DNA of 63,190 nucleotides, the filler included, from Rhabdomonas costata (taxonomy: Eukaryota), in the NCBI GenBank assembly GCA_019059605.1. It is 54 parts of 54 records of this genome, joined end to end, with 100 filler letters (N's around TTAATTAATTAA, not from the genome) between each part and the next. Parts side by side here need not be neighbours in the genome. Positions count along the whole stretch, not along the records: positions 24,613 to 25,684 come from JAHMHO010030110.1; positions 25,785 to 26,856 come from JAHMHO010030111.1; positions 26,957 to 28,028 come from JAHMHO010030112.1; positions 28,129 to 29,200 come from JAHMHO010030113.1; positions 29,301 to 30,372 come from JAHMHO010030114.1; positions 30,473 to 31,545 come from JAHMHO010030115.1; positions 31,646 to 32,717 come from JAHMHO010030116.1; positions 32,818 to 33,890 come from JAHMHO010030117.1; 46 more parts are not named here. The stretch is one strand, 5' to 3'. A program made the position numbers and the translations under genes. Below the pieces are notes generated by a model. The model was not told where the DNA came from. It did no database searches and saw nothing but the letters and a program-made list of their open reading frames with translations. How positions within the stretch are numbered: position 1 is the stretch's first letter; each line of letters starts with the position of its first letter. This document shows, piece by piece, positions 24,807 to 37,380 of this stretch.

Positions 24807-25301
24807 GGAACCACGAAACGTACGAGGATATGAGTGCAGTCCTGTTCCGGAAGAAGTTTCCTTACTCCTATGTCGACCCCTCGGCCTTTTACTGGAGCTG
24901 GGGCTATGGCCCAGACATGCGGTTCTTCTTTGTGGACCAGTACCACGACTACGAGGCGAATTCGAAGCAGCTGCGATGGCTAGAGCGGAGCTTGGCGGAG
25001 AGCACAGCGAAGTGGAAGTACGTTTCATCACCCACTGCTCTTCTGGAACTGTGAATTGCCCGTGAATTGCTGAAGTCAGGCGTTTTGGTTGTTTTCCATT
25101 TCCTTTTTGTAAAAGGGTTACTTCATGCGAAAATTGTTTTGCGTTGTGTTGTCTGGAAGGATCTTTCGTAATGTGCCTTTGCCTCTCAGATTCCTGGTTT
25201 TCCACGAGCCGGGATGGACCTGCGGTGCTCACTACAATGAAGGCAATATGGTGAAGGTGCAGACTCTGCTTCAGCCCTTATGCCGGAAATTCAACGTCCA
25301 G
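24807..25301 (+). CDS. Metallophosphoesterase (purple acid phosphatase-like), partial (exons 24807-25017, 25190-25301)
   Basis: GNHE...FYWSWGYG...FFFVDQY...QLRWLERSLAESTAKWK|FLVFHEPGW...LQPLCRKFNVQ. GT-AG intron is in phase. Confidence 0.88.
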
Positions 25302-25911
25302 GTCTGCTTTTGAACCAAGGTTTGGATGCTTCCTTTGGCGTGCACAAGCAATTGCATGGTTTTTTCGACTTACCGTTAATAACCAGTGGCAGTTAGGTAC
25401 GAAGCAAGAGTTTTCCACGCATCTGCCGCTTTTTATGTGTGTGGCAATCCGCGTTAGCTGAGTGGCCTCCGCCCACAAATAAACCTGTCCCATGCATCAT
25501 CCGTCAAAGCCCAGCACAAAACATCCTCCCCTCTTAGCCAAAAATAGAAAAGGCAGAAAAGCACAAGCAAGTCCATTATCATGACCAACGTCTAACGGTA
25601 ACAACGGATTCAGCGGTGCGCGACTTCTTTTTTTTTTTTGGAGAGAATGATTCTAACGCTGAATGATTTCTCTCCAAAAAACACNNNNNNNNNNNNNNNN
25701 NNNNNNNNNNNNNNNNNNNNNNNNNNNNTTAATTAATTAANNNNNNNNNNNNNNNNNNNNNNNNNNNNNNNNNNNNNNNNNNNNGTGGGGTGTTGTCCGC
25801 ATCCTGAGTTGCGCCAACACACCCCTGCGGGAGCGGTGACGTCACTCAGCATCGTCAAAATTCTCTAAATGTGATTTTCGATCACCATAAGTCAGCCCAT
25901 GACAAAAACAC

Positions 25912-26720
25912 CTCGTCGCTGTACAGATCCACCAGGAAGCCCTTGGGATGGTAGAACAGCCGCAGAATCTGCAACTTGCCCTGCAGAGACTCCCGGATGG
26001 CGTTCAGGAAGATGTGCATGGTACTGGAGAACTTCAGCACGGCGTTGTCCTCTGGGGTGGCACGGGCTCTGTCCGCCTCGGAAATGGTGGCGGAGACCCG
26101 CACTTCGGTCATCTTAGCCTTAGGGAACACCTTCACGGAGCCCACGGAGGAAACCAGCTTCAAGGCAGCGGGAGAGAACACCGCCAGGCCAGTCCTGCAC
26201 GGGAAAAAGCGACAGAGACGCATACCTTTAAAAATCTCACCTTGCGTGAATCAAGAGAATTGAAGGCGAGGCCCACAAAACGGCCGCTTATAAAAAAGCC
26301 TTTCCTCAACCTCTTTAACTATCAGCAAAAACCACAAGCAATGCCCGCCAACCGCTGCCGCACCAACGGTTCTCTGGACCAGAATTTCAAGTGCGCAAAC
26401 CAGGAAGGCCCGTGTCAAAAACGTCTAAAACGTCTGAAACGTCTTGGAAGGTGAGGAAACACACGCTTAAGATTTTTATACAGAAGAGAAAGACCCAAAG
26501 TAAAGAACCTGTACGAAAGCACCCTCACGCGCTGCAGCCCCGGAAAAACCCGCCGCATCACGGCCAACATGACCTCCGTTGGATTGCAGTGAATAGTGAG
26601 CCTTCGTTCCCGAGCGTCCTTCTCGCGGGTGCCGGTGAGAAGCTTGCGCTTCTTTTCGATCGCACGCTTCCTCTTTCCCTTCACTTGGAGGGGTGGCCCA
26701 ACCTTGTACCTCCTCATTGG
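25912..26720 (-). CDS. Putative RRM-like protein, partial (exons ~26720-26509, 26194-25912)
   Basis: A basic stretch, then LTIHCNPTEVMLAVMRRVFPGLQRVRVLSYR|TGLAVFSPAALKLV..., a beta-alpha-beta-beta-alpha pattern. Phase-2 GT-AG intron. Confidence 0.5.
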
Positions 26721-27594
26721 AAGCTGGGACGGAGTTACGGAGCAGCCCCACACAAACAAGAAAGCAGCGAAAAGTAATCTGGAGAAAAAAAGACCGGAAA
26801 TGGACAACAGACCAAATCGCCGTATATGTGAGCAAGAGGACTGCGAATCTCCCACCNNNNNNNNNNNNNNNNNNNNNNNNNNNNNNNNNNNNNNNNNNNN
26901 TTAATTAATTAANNNNNNNNNNNNNNNNNNNNNNNNNNNNNNNNNNNNNNNNNNNNGGTGGGGTGGAGCACTTAACGTTTAGCACTGCTAATCGTTTAGC
27001 AGCGATGCTAAACGTTAGGTCTGAGCGCAAGGGCGATGAACGGTTCCCATGAGATGCCAATACAATTTCTCGAAAAATTAATTAACCAAAATCCAAGCCC
27101 TAACAAAACCACGCTCTTTCTGTCACCATCGGCGCAGTGGAGCACAGTGAAGAAGTTGCCTCTGTATGTTGGAGCATTGTTTCTGAGGAGGGGGGAAAGG
27201 AGGGTCATTATTTAGTTGATTCGACCAAAGGCAGGCTCGTGGTGTGTTCGAATATGCCTCACACACTGAGTCACAACTCCGACACCACATCTTTCAAAAA
27301 AATACTTTTCCTATGTGGGGCCTTTCACTTTCGGAGCTTGTACACCCACCTTGTGACACCTACTCCGGCACGCGCTAGGTGTCACAGCAGAGGTTGAAGT
27401 TGAGCGAAAGGGCACCAAAAGGCCACCTTCACACGGAGGTGGCAGTATTGCTCTGCTTCAGTCAGAAAACAACCCGACGCGCTTCGGTTCTAGCCTCCCG
27501 GTTATAGCAATCCCTCACACGACTCACACGTGCATCCTTGAATCAAGTCTTGTTATTCATACCTTGGCAAAGGTTAACGTCATCCCTACCCCAG

Positions 27595-27976
27595 GTTCGA
27601 GCAGTACCTCGTGAAGTATGGCGAGATGGACACGTTCACCGCGCAGAAGCGAATGCCCACCCTTCCCCAGAGCCAGGCCACCTCCACAGGCGAGGGCTTT
27701 GGGTTCTCCCTCTCGGAGGTCCCGCGTCACCCGCGGTGCCCCGCGTTGTTCCAGTTCAACCCCATCCTTGGGGTGGCCTTGCAGTGCCTGGAGGCAGACC
27801 GGATGTTCGTCGACCCGGACTTCCCGCCCAGCCTGTACAGCCTATATGGCTCGGGCACGGTGTATACCGGGGGGCCCGCCCTGGCCCCGGCCACGCCTCC
27901 AGGAAAGGAGGCGCTTCCCGTGAACCCGGACGCGTGGCAGTGGAGAAGGCTGAGTGAGCTGGACCCGCACCTCAAG
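27595..27976 (+). CDS. Calpain-like cysteine peptidase exon (start of the CysPc domain)
   Basis: CLEADRMFVDPDFPPSLYSLY...WQWRRLSEL. Flanked by cag/gt. Confidence 0.85.
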
Positions 27977-30900
27977 GTGGCAATTCGGATTCGGATCCCC
28001 CTTTCCCATTTCCCCTTTCAACAAAAAANNNNNNNNNNNNNNNNNNNNNNNNNNNNNNNNNNNNNNNNNNNNTTAATTAATTAANNNNNNNNNNNNNNNN
28101 NNNNNNNNNNNNNNNNNNNNNNNNNNNNCGCCTGCACACACACACACACACACTGATTTGTGTTATCGATTGGTATCCTTTCCCGGAGTTGCCCAAGGGG
28201 ATGTTTTTGTCTCTCTCTCTCTCTCTCGCACACACACACACCGTCGTTCTGTTTCTGTTTCCTTTTCGCGTGATCATAGCGCTTGGCAGAACTGCCAACC
28301 GCCTAAAACCAAGCACCAGCGATTGATCTCCGGGGTGTGATTGTTTCAAACGCCGTCTACCTTCCTTCGTTCGTGATAGGTGCCAGAACATAATATGTAA
28401 CAAACAGATAAAGAAATAGCATAACCAAAAACGCAACCAAGCGAGCCGAAACACGATTGTCAGAAAATACCCCAAGAATTACAGCTCACTATCTTGGAGG
28501 ACAACTGTGGACTAAGCCCCAAAAGGGCAGAGCCCAATCGAATCCTCCTTAGCGCTTCCTTAAGGGGCAAAAAAGGAGGGACCTACCACCAAGGCATCCA
28601 ACATTACACAAAGGCCCACAATGAAGGCTGCAGGGGCTGCGTCGCAAAAAAAAAAGTCAAAGGGCAGCACGCATCATGTGAGCGCACAGGCCTGAAAGGT
28701 TCCGGGGTGCTTTGACGCGAGCTCCCGAAGCTCATGGAAGGTCAGAAAGGGCACCTGAAAAAAGAGAGTGTGGTGGAAAGCATCAAGAAGATGAAAAGGA
28801 GAAAGTGGGTGGGGGGGGGGGGACAGTGACCCGAGCCCTCTTTGATGTGGATGTAATTGCGCGCCTGCTTACCCTCCAGGGAACCCTCAGCGCTCGCACT
28901 CTCTCTCTCTCTCTTTGGGTGAGGAATGTGGGAATGAGTGGTGGCGCAGGAGCTCGGGTCCGCAAGAGCCGGATCCTTGATGATGACACACACACACTCT
29001 CTCTCCTGTCTCTTTCTCTTTCTCTTTCTCTCTCTTGTGTGTGTGCGCGCTCAGACGGGGTGGACTGGGGATGGCGTGCGCACATGCCCCTGTCTGGGTG
29101 AAGATCTGCTCCTCAATCCACAGCCGGAAGGCCTCGCCCTCGCACAGCCCGTCGTGGGAGTCCAGGTACTCCAGCACCCACACAACCAAACACACCCACA
29201 NNNNNNNNNNNNNNNNNNNNNNNNNNNNNNNNNNNNNNNNNNNNTTAATTAATTAANNNNNNNNNNNNNNNNNNNNNNNNNNNNNNNNNNNNNNNNNNNN
29301 GTTGTGGGGGGTATTTCCGTCGAATTCCATGATTCTCTCTGATTTTTATCCCTCCGTATTCATACCCTCCCTCATTCCCTGAGCAGCTATTCGTCGTTTT
29401 CCCGTTCTATTGTTCTGTTGTGGCTTGCGATGTGTTCATTCCCTTTGCAACAACAACACAGAAGTTCTGCTCAGTTTGATTTCAATGCGTAATGACTGGG
29501 CTTTGATGTTTTCTTGGGGGGGGGGGAGATGCACCTCAGCAAAATCTGATAGAATCCCTGGTAAAAACCTTTCTGTCAACGCGGCTGTAACCAACACAAC
29601 TTCATCGATCCCACGTTTGAAAGCGTAGCACGCACGGTGGAGTCTCCCCTCACCCTCCCTCCAGCGACGTGCCTCGGCCCGGGAGGGGGGTGCAGTATCG
29701 TGACTCTGGGGGTGGGGCAATTGCCGAATTTTGTCTTTGCCAACATGAACGACTTCACCGTCGACAAAGCGCGCTATTGAAAGCTTTCACGAAGTTTTAC
29801 GAAGTAATACACTCAGTACGGCAGGACTCCATCACACAGAAGCAAACCAAAAACACATAGTCGCCAAAAATCTAGTCTTACACTGGGGGAAAATGCTACG
29901 GATGGGAAATAAATCTTAGTGATAAGTGGAGGGAGCACCAGCCGGAAAAAAAAAGGACCAAAAACCTCAGGAACGGTGTCTCAGGAGGAACCCTGACCAA
30001 GTTTAAATGAACGTAGAACAAACTTCTTTCTCTCTCTTTCTGTGAATGAGTCTCAGGACACCTCAGGACACCAGGCGACTGTTTTATTCTTTGACTCTAT
30101 TTGTTCGTGTCTGTGCATGTTTTTTTTTTTGCTTCCCAGTCTGGGTCACCTCCGCGCTTCGTTCGGTTGAGAGCTTCCATACTTCATCCTCTCCAAAACC
30201 TTCACCCATTCGTGAGCTCAAGTGGCCCGTCTGGGACCATTGCGACGACGACAGCGTCTTTGTGAAATGCAAGATTTGCGTCTGAAGCTGATGTTTATCC
30301 TCAAACGTCGGCTTCTCTCTCGCGCGGTGGCAAAAGTCACGCCCTCCCACCTTCCTGTTACTCCAACCACCCNNNNNNNNNNNNNNNNNNNNNNNNNNNN
30401 NNNNNNNNNNNNNNNNTTAATTAATTAANNNNNNNNNNNNNNNNNNNNNNNNNNNNNNNNNNNNNNNNNNNNGTGGTTTTGGGCGGAGCTAACGTATAGG
30501 AGCTAACCAGAGCATTCATCTCCCCTCTTCAGAAGGGGACGTCAACATCCACCCCATTATTTTTCATTTTCCAAGGGCTTGAACTGACGTACGCCACTAA
30601 TTTATAATTTATCATCATCAGCGAACACCACAGTGCTCTTAATCACCTCGAAATCATCTGATTGTCACTGCAAAACGGATTTGACAGGTTTGGGCCAGAG
30701 TTCAGAGTTCGCGGTTTTCCGGCCAGAGACATAAGAACCATGAACCTCTTCTTCGCTGGCGCCGGAATTGTTGTCCTCGTTACTGCTGGTGCCGCCACTG
30801 CTGCTGCTGCTGTACAGCCCTTCAGGAAGGGCAGGCTTCTCCTGCCGAGAAAAGTAGAGAGCCACTGCCAGCCCAAAGGTTGCGTTCGTCCATGAAGAAG

Positions 30901-32817
30901 GCGGACATAGCCTCTGCTGTGGCTATTGTCTCGAAGCAGAACAAACGTTGGGCACAACACAAAAAAAAAGGGGGGGGGACTGCCACCGACCTGAGACTGT
31001 GAGACAAAATGTTGTGGTTTTGTGACGATTCACCATAGGCATCATCATCAGCAAGCGATTGGTAAATAGTGCATGGTGCACGGTGCCATTACACAAAGCT
31101 TCGAGATTCCAGCAGTGCTGGAGCCCTACAAAACTACGGCGCGATGTTGGGGAGGAGAAGGGGCAGTTCCCACGATGAGTCGACAACAGGAAGCAATACG
31201 AATTTGAAAGGAGTAAAGGGCAATTGGGAGAACGGGACGTTTTTGTTGACTTATTGGCTTGGGTGCCTGGAACGGTGTATACGTTTGTGTATGTTTGTGC
31301 GCGAAAGAAAAGACGGGGAAACACGGGAAAGAATAGAGGTTTCTTGTGCGGAGAAAGAAATCAGCGGAAATGGCGCAAGACAATAATTCAACAACCACAA
31401 ACAGACAAGAATTCCACAAAAGGGTAAAATGAGATCCCGGCACACCTTTAGATCAGCATCGCACGCCTCCTTACTCTGAGCGAGGGCACACGCACATCTG
31501 TTCCCAGGCCGCTAGCCTGCTGTGTCCTTGTCCCTAAAACACAAANNNNNNNNNNNNNNNNNNNNNNNNNNNNNNNNNNNNNNNNNNNNTTAATTAATTA
31601 ANNNNNNNNNNNNNNNNNNNNNNNNNNNNNNNNNNNNNNNNNNNNTGTTGTTGGGCCTTTTTGCGGCACTCGGCACTGATGAAAAATGCACTGAACTTAG
31701 ACTCATGCCACTTAGTTCAGTGCATTTTTCATCAGTGCCGAGTGCCGCAAAAAGGCCCATCGAGCCATTTGCCCGCTGATGGGAAAAAGGGCAGGCATTC
31801 CTGCGCGTGTGTGTGTGTCCGCGCGTGCGTGCGCGCGGAAACCCCCCACTGTGTTGCGGAACAAGCGGCAAATGGCATAAATACAGCTGGGAAGACGAAC
31901 CGGCCCGGGGTGAAAAGGCGGGCAACGAAGGGTTTCGAGAGGTCTGCTGTACATAAGGACCCCAGTCCTACTTCGGCTTCGCCCCCAACCGATGCACCAT
32001 GATGAAAAAATAGCGTCCATAAATAAATTCGTTTTGGATGCACGAGAGCAGTGGGACACGGGCAGGGGCATAAAAGGGGCGTTCTTGAGTTTTGAAGGCT
32101 CCCAGTTCCTGGGGTGCATTTCTGCAGAAGTCGGAGATGGTGTGTGCAGCACTTTTTTTTTGTTAAAATTCAAAATGCGATAAAGTTTCTACCGTACTTA
32201 TAGCCCGAGTACTATTTTCCGGGGGGACCCCGGAACACGAGTCGAGCCTGGGCTTGAGTTGGAGCATCCTGCTCAGTTATATCCCAATCCTAAAGATACT
32301 GCATGTGGCAGGGTTAGGCGCCCCACGCGAGCAGACTCTTCCCGAAGCAAAAAACAATATCCCATACTTTTTGTGGCCAACTCCGTAGAAATATTTTTAC
32401 ACGTAGAAGACTAAGCATGGAAGCAAAAATAGTAGCCAACGCTTCTATTCAAGCCCAGTTTCGGCTGGAACGTTTACACCATACTCCCGCCGCCAACCCA
32501 CTCCCCAAAATGTGGGAGCTTCGGTTTGACGTGTATCGCCACGACCGATTAAAAATCTACCCCCAGGGAACATCCCGGCCTCAGCCGCCCGATCTGGCCG
32601 AGAGGCGGATCTGGCTTCCGCGGCCCACCGCTGCGTGGCGGCGGCTAGCATCCGCTCATAAACTAATCGAATCCCTTTTGTTGGCTAAAGACCAGCAAGG
32701 CATGAGTTCCCACCACCNNNNNNNNNNNNNNNNNNNNNNNNNNNNNNNNNNNNNNNNNNNNTTAATTAATTAANNNNNNNNNNNNNNNNNNNNNNNNNNN
32801 NNNNNNNNNNNNNNNNN

Positions 32818-33006
32818 GGGGTTTGGGAAAACACCGAGGCATTGGTCAGCTCATCCAGGGAGAGCGCGTGCGGCTGCCCCTTCGCCGTAGGGTCAGGGAG
32901 ACCCAGCCCGGTGACCTCCACCTTCCACTCCTTGGGGTCCAGCTTGGGGGTGTGGATGTGGCTGCGGACAAAGCTCAGCTCCGCGGGCTGCGCAGCATCC
33001 CCCAGC
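32818..33006 (-). CDS. Sulfite oxidase / nitrate reductase family Moco-domain exon (not in the ORF track)
   Basis: LGDAAQPAELSFVRSHIHTPKLDPKEWKVEVTGLG...PHALSLDELT fits TP.E.FFVRNH..VP..D...W.L.V.G......LSL..L. Confidence 0.78.
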
Positions 33007-33742
33007 CTCCATAATCGTCACCGCAGCTACATTTCATGGGTCACGGCATAACGCCCCCCACCACGGTTCCACATGATTGCACTGCGCAACGATCACTGTG
33101 TGATGTCTTGATTCTCAGGCTTGTGGGTAACTCTCACCTCACCGCCACCCACCCACCCACGCGCACACGCATTTGTGTGGATGGATTGGCATCCTTTCGC
33201 GGAGTTGACCAGGGGGCTGTTTTTATCGCCTCGCAGCTGGCGGCGTGCGTGGCCCAGCACGGATTTGTCGCTCCCTGTGCACCCCCGGCTCGCGGACCCT
33301 CCTTGCTCGGACTCAGTCAGCTTCTGGTCGGGGGTCGCTCCGGAGCGGGCAGTGGCTTCTTGTTTGCCATCGTTGGCCAGCGACAAGATGGCTATCCGGA
33401 CTCCATTGCCCTACCCAGGTCCTCACACACACACACACACACACAGCTGGGTACGGATACTGTGAGGCACCGAGGTCGGCTAGAATCCATATCACGGTCT
33501 AACACGCTGGTCTCGATTGGGCGTTAGGATGAAGGCAACTCTGGACCACCCCAGCCAGGTCTTCCCCTGTGGAACAAGGGGGCCAGCAGATGCCTGGTTG
33601 GGGATATAAGTTGCCTGGAGATGACCGAGTCGCGAGACAAAAGACTTAAGATGGTGACTGAGAAAGGTCTATCTCTCTCTCAAACACAGGGCATTCTTCT
33701 GTCGATCCTTTCCATGGCACACACACACGCACACACCGCACG

Positions 33743-33778
<36 letters not shown>

Positions 33779-35742
33779 TTGCCCTTCTCCTCAACTTCGC
33801 TCCGAAGACCTCAATGGAGTCAGGTGCACAACCAGCCAGCAACAACAAGACACTTGAGCTTCTGCAAGTTCCAGCTACGAATACACTGAGNNNNNNNNNN
33901 NNNNNNNNNNNNNNNNNNNNNNNNNNNNNNNNNNTTAATTAATTAANNNNNNNNNNNNNNNNNNNNNNNNNNNNNNNNNNNNNNNNNNNNTTTTGGGGTT
34001 GGCCTGGGTTTCACCCCAACCCAGAGCACCGTGATGGAGCAGGTGATGAGGAAGCTGAATGAGTTGAGGTGCGTGGACACGGACGGCTCGAAGCCTGTGG
34101 TGTCCACTCTGAAGCAGCGCTATGACCCCGACCCTGCGCATGGTTTGCTGAATTATTTATTTTGGTTTCTTTTCAGAACTGAACTTTGTAATACGTGGGA
34201 AAATTTTAAGCTGCCCTGGTGTAGGTGAAATGTTGGATTTAGGGGTTGTATTATGGATTTTTCGCCTTTAGTGCCCCCGTGCTGCCCCATTGGTAGTTAG
34301 CAGTGACCATTTATTCTTGTCATTGGTAATGCGGTGTCAGCTTTCTTTCTATGATTTGATTCTGTAGTGCTGTTTCGAGCAGTGAGGTGACGGGGGATCA
34401 TGTCAGATTGCTTTTCAAAACAGAGATATACAAAGAGACGTGCGGTCAACAAAAGCATATGACACTCTTCTCGAATAAACGATTAAGTTTCCTTTGCGGC
34501 ATTCCTGACGGACAGGTGCAAACTCCACTTCACATTTAAACATCCAACCTTCTTGGAAGAATTGTTCAGGAATTTTCTACATTCCACTTACCCCCTAATT
34601 ACGGCTGCTGAGAATAATGATAGTACGGTCCGCGGTGCGGGGGTGAGGTGCGTGTCCACACTTGATCGCATGATGTTAAGAGACGGTGGGCGACTCCATT
34701 GGAGTTTATGCAGACATGAATATAAGGGGTCAGTCCTGTTCATTATTGGAAATCGTGGTTAGAAGCCACTGCGCGGTTCAGTCGGCCTCACCGGATGCTC
34801 ACGGGATGTGCCTCGAGTGGTCGAAATGTTGTCGGAGGAGTCGTTTCTGTTGGGCCTCCTTTTTTTAGCCAGCTCCTCGGTGAACGTCCTGCTGATCGCC
34901 CTGCCGTGCGCCGCTGGGTTTTTACTGCTTGTTTTTGGGGCTTACCTCATGAACAGGTTGCTTAGTTGTGGACTGGGACCCTATCACTGGCCGAATTTGT
35001 CTGCTCATTTCAGCACCGGGGGAGACTATTACAACATCCAGATTCTAAGGAAACACAAAAAANNNNNNNNNNNNNNNNNNNNNNNNNNNNNNNNNNNNNN
35101 NNNNNNTTAATTAATTAANNNNNNNNNNNNNNNNNNNNNNNNNNNNNNNNNNNNNNNNNNNNGGTTGGGTTGGACACCTTCTTTTTGGTCGAGCAAGTCG
35201 TCGTTTAAAGGAACTGCCAACAAGTGTTTGCCATTTCATTCACCGTGCTGAGCGTTTGTTTTGCCTTCGCCGTTGGTCAGGGTTTCATAAGGTGCGTTGC
35301 ATTTCTCGTTCACCCCAAGTTCCTGATTTTTGACCGTGCCATGTTGAAATGGCCTCTCTTTTTTTTTGGACCAGCCAAGTTGAAAATCGAGTGAAATCCT
35401 CCTAGGCATTGGTTGACAGCGTTCCTGATGCCTCAACTTTGCCAGGCTGGGTGGTCTTGGTGGTCTGTCTTTTGTCCTGTCACTGTGGTTTCTGCAGCAG
35501 TGTATGATTAGTTGCAAAAATAGTTAAAATTTCCAGGAGAGGTGCAGTTTTATGAATCCAGGCTCAGACATTCAGACCTCACATTATGAGCCCCGACAAT
35601 GTCTTTGAATAATGGATGCGAATCAATTGTACTGTCCCCCTCGCTGCTGCGAAAAGCCATTGCGTTCCAAGGCTAAGAGCAAGATGAGCTGCGTTTGTAA
35701 CCTGTGATTAATTTGTCGCGTTTCTCCCTCCTCCTTCCGTAG

Positions 35743-35890
35743 TGCAAGCCCATCCCGTACGTTGGGAGCAACAAGGCGGCGTTCCACGACCGCACCCTTT
35801 ACCGGTTGGACGCCACTCGCGACCCTGAGCTGTTCCGCTGGCTCAAGCCCCTCCACGGCACCGTCTTCCGCCACCGCCCCGAGCAGATGG
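35743..35890 (+). CDS. Exon of unknown protein (not in the ORF track)
   Basis: tag/gtacgt-flanked, strongly GC3-biased: CKPIPYVGSNKAAFHDRTLYRLDATRDPELFRWLKPLHGTVFRHRPEQM. Confidence 0.55.
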
Positions 35891-36334
35891 GTACGTCTGT
35901 GGCTGCCTGCCTAGCTGCACCAGAATTTGCAGCAACGGTCAATGGCTTTGAAAGGCCATCGTCGTCGACGTAACCCGAAAACCTGGCCACGGAACTGGCT
36001 AAATTTTATGGCCCTCCAAAGTCGTTTTACTATCCGAATGTGAGATCATCTGGTCAGCAACTCGTGTCGTTCATGGAACCAGAGGAATAACGTCCGATTC
36101 TCTCAAAACCTCTGAACCTGTATAATCTAATGACTAAATCTGACTCCTAATTTTTAATTTTATTTCCTCCAGGTAACGTTTTAACACGCATGTTTAAGTT
36201 TTTTCCATGAGTGTTTAGCCAACCCCCCCCACCCNNNNNNNNNNNNNNNNNNNNNNNNNNNNNNNNNNNNNNNNNNNNTTAATTAATTAANNNNNNNNNN
36301 NNNNNNNNNNNNNNNNNNNNNNNNNNNNNNNNNN

Positions 36335-36514
36335 GTTTGAATGAAAATTAACAATACCGAAGCAAGCGGTTTAGTGAATTTTACAATATAAGAATATTTC
36401 AATTTTTATTTTACTTTAAATACATATACTTAAAGTAAAATAAAAATTGAAATATTCTTATATTGTAAAATTCACTAAACCGCTTGCTTCGGTATTGTTA
36501 ATTTTCATTCAAAC
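36335..36514. repeat. 85-bp perfect inverted repeat (36335-36419 / 36430-36514) at the contig start
   Basis: The arms are exact reverse complements around a 10-nt loop. Confidence 0.95.
36443..36450 (+). promoter_or_regulatory. AAAATTGA Mimiviridae-type early promoter motif
   Basis: Exact motif about 90 nt upstream of the ATG at 36541, in AT-rich intergenic DNA. Confidence 0.65.
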
Positions 36515-36540
36515 ACATTGCTTTGCCTAAAGTCGACACA

Positions 36541-36858
36541 ATGGCATCTCAAAATCAGTTGTTTGCCGATGTGGACGAAGATCTGCTTCAAAGATTTAAA
36601 GATGCCGAAAAAACTCTTACGAATGCAGACCTTCGACTTTCTGCGGAAATGTTAAACTTTGCTAAGGCAGACGACAAAGAAGCTCAGACTCTCAAAATAA
36701 AAGATGCAGAGCAAGTCAGGAAGCTTGCTCTGGACGAGTACAACAGCCTCCGAACACCTGTCATCGAACATTTGGAGAGCATCATCGGCTTTGAAGAATT
36801 AATCGAGAGCATACGTAATGCCGTATGGCAACTCAATGGCATTGTACGACTGCTGTGA
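36541..36858 (+). CDS. Hypothetical helical protein (105 aa), giant-virus-like ORFan
   Basis: Complete intronless ORF MASQNQLF...GIVRLL*, with a promoter motif upstream and a hairpin downstream. Confidence 0.7.
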   Translation: MASQNQLFADVDEDLLQRFKDAEKTLTNADLRLSAEMLNFAKADDKEAQTLKIKDAEQVRKLALDEYNSLRTPVIEHLESIIGFEELIESIRNAVWQLNGIVRLL

Positions 36859-36889
36859 CTGTTATATAGCTGGACTGGAGAGCACTGCT

Positions 36890-36924
36890 TTTTTATATAT
36901 CAAAATATTTTTCATATATAAAAA
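36890..36924 (+). terminator. AT-rich palindrome after the ORF stop (Mimivirus hairpin-rule 3' end signal candidate)
   Basis: tttttatatat-caaaatatttttc-atatataaaaa, about 30 nt after the stop. Confidence 0.45.
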
Positions 36925-37029
36925 TGATGATATTTACTCTATTTTGCTTATATATATTGAATTATATTCACAAAACACCATCAAATATAGGAAATTTAAC
37001 CTTGTAACATGTTAATTTATCTTTAAATA

Positions 37030-37037
37030 AAAATTGA
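37030..37037 (+). promoter_or_regulatory. AAAATTGA Mimiviridae-type early promoter motif
   Basis: Exact motif about 91 nt upstream of the ATG at 37129. Same context (aataaaaattgaaatat) as the first copy. Confidence 0.65.
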
Positions 37038-37128
37038 AATATATCTGTTATAAAATCAATATATTGAAACGAAAATAAAGTAGGATGTATAAATTCTTCG
37101 TCAATACTGCTCTACACTTTGCTATCTG

Positions 37129-37380
37129 ATGTCTGCAAGTATGCTTTCAAAAATTCTTGCGCATGTCAATGCCGAACGGCAAAAGTTTTCAGATTGTTTC
37201 GACAAGCTTGCTTCAGAACTGCCAGAAGTTTATCCAGAAGTGGAACGCACTTGGAAATGTTCATACATACATTTACTTGAAGCGCAAGATGTATTTCTGA
37301 CTGTCTGTCGCGAAAGCTTTGAGCTGGCATTTGCTGATGAATCGCCGTTCGATCCAGCAGATGATAATGAGGAAAAATAA
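37129..37380 (+). CDS. Hypothetical acidic protein (83 aa), giant-virus-like ORFan
   Basis: Complete intronless ORF downstream of AAAATTGA. Confidence 0.65.
   Translation: MSASMLSKILAHVNAERQKFSDCFDKLASELPEVYPEVERTWKCSYIHLLEAQDVFLTVCRESFELAFADESPFDPADDNEEK

Noticed and set aside
31653-31758. 45-bp perfect inverted repeat as a MITE, miRNA or terminator
   Set aside because: It sits at the contig start directly after primer-like bases, which is the fold-back chimera pattern.
6149-33006. Joining the b5-reductase-like and Moco-domain fragments into one nitrate reductase
   Set aside because: They are on separate, unlinked contigs, and each family occurs independently.
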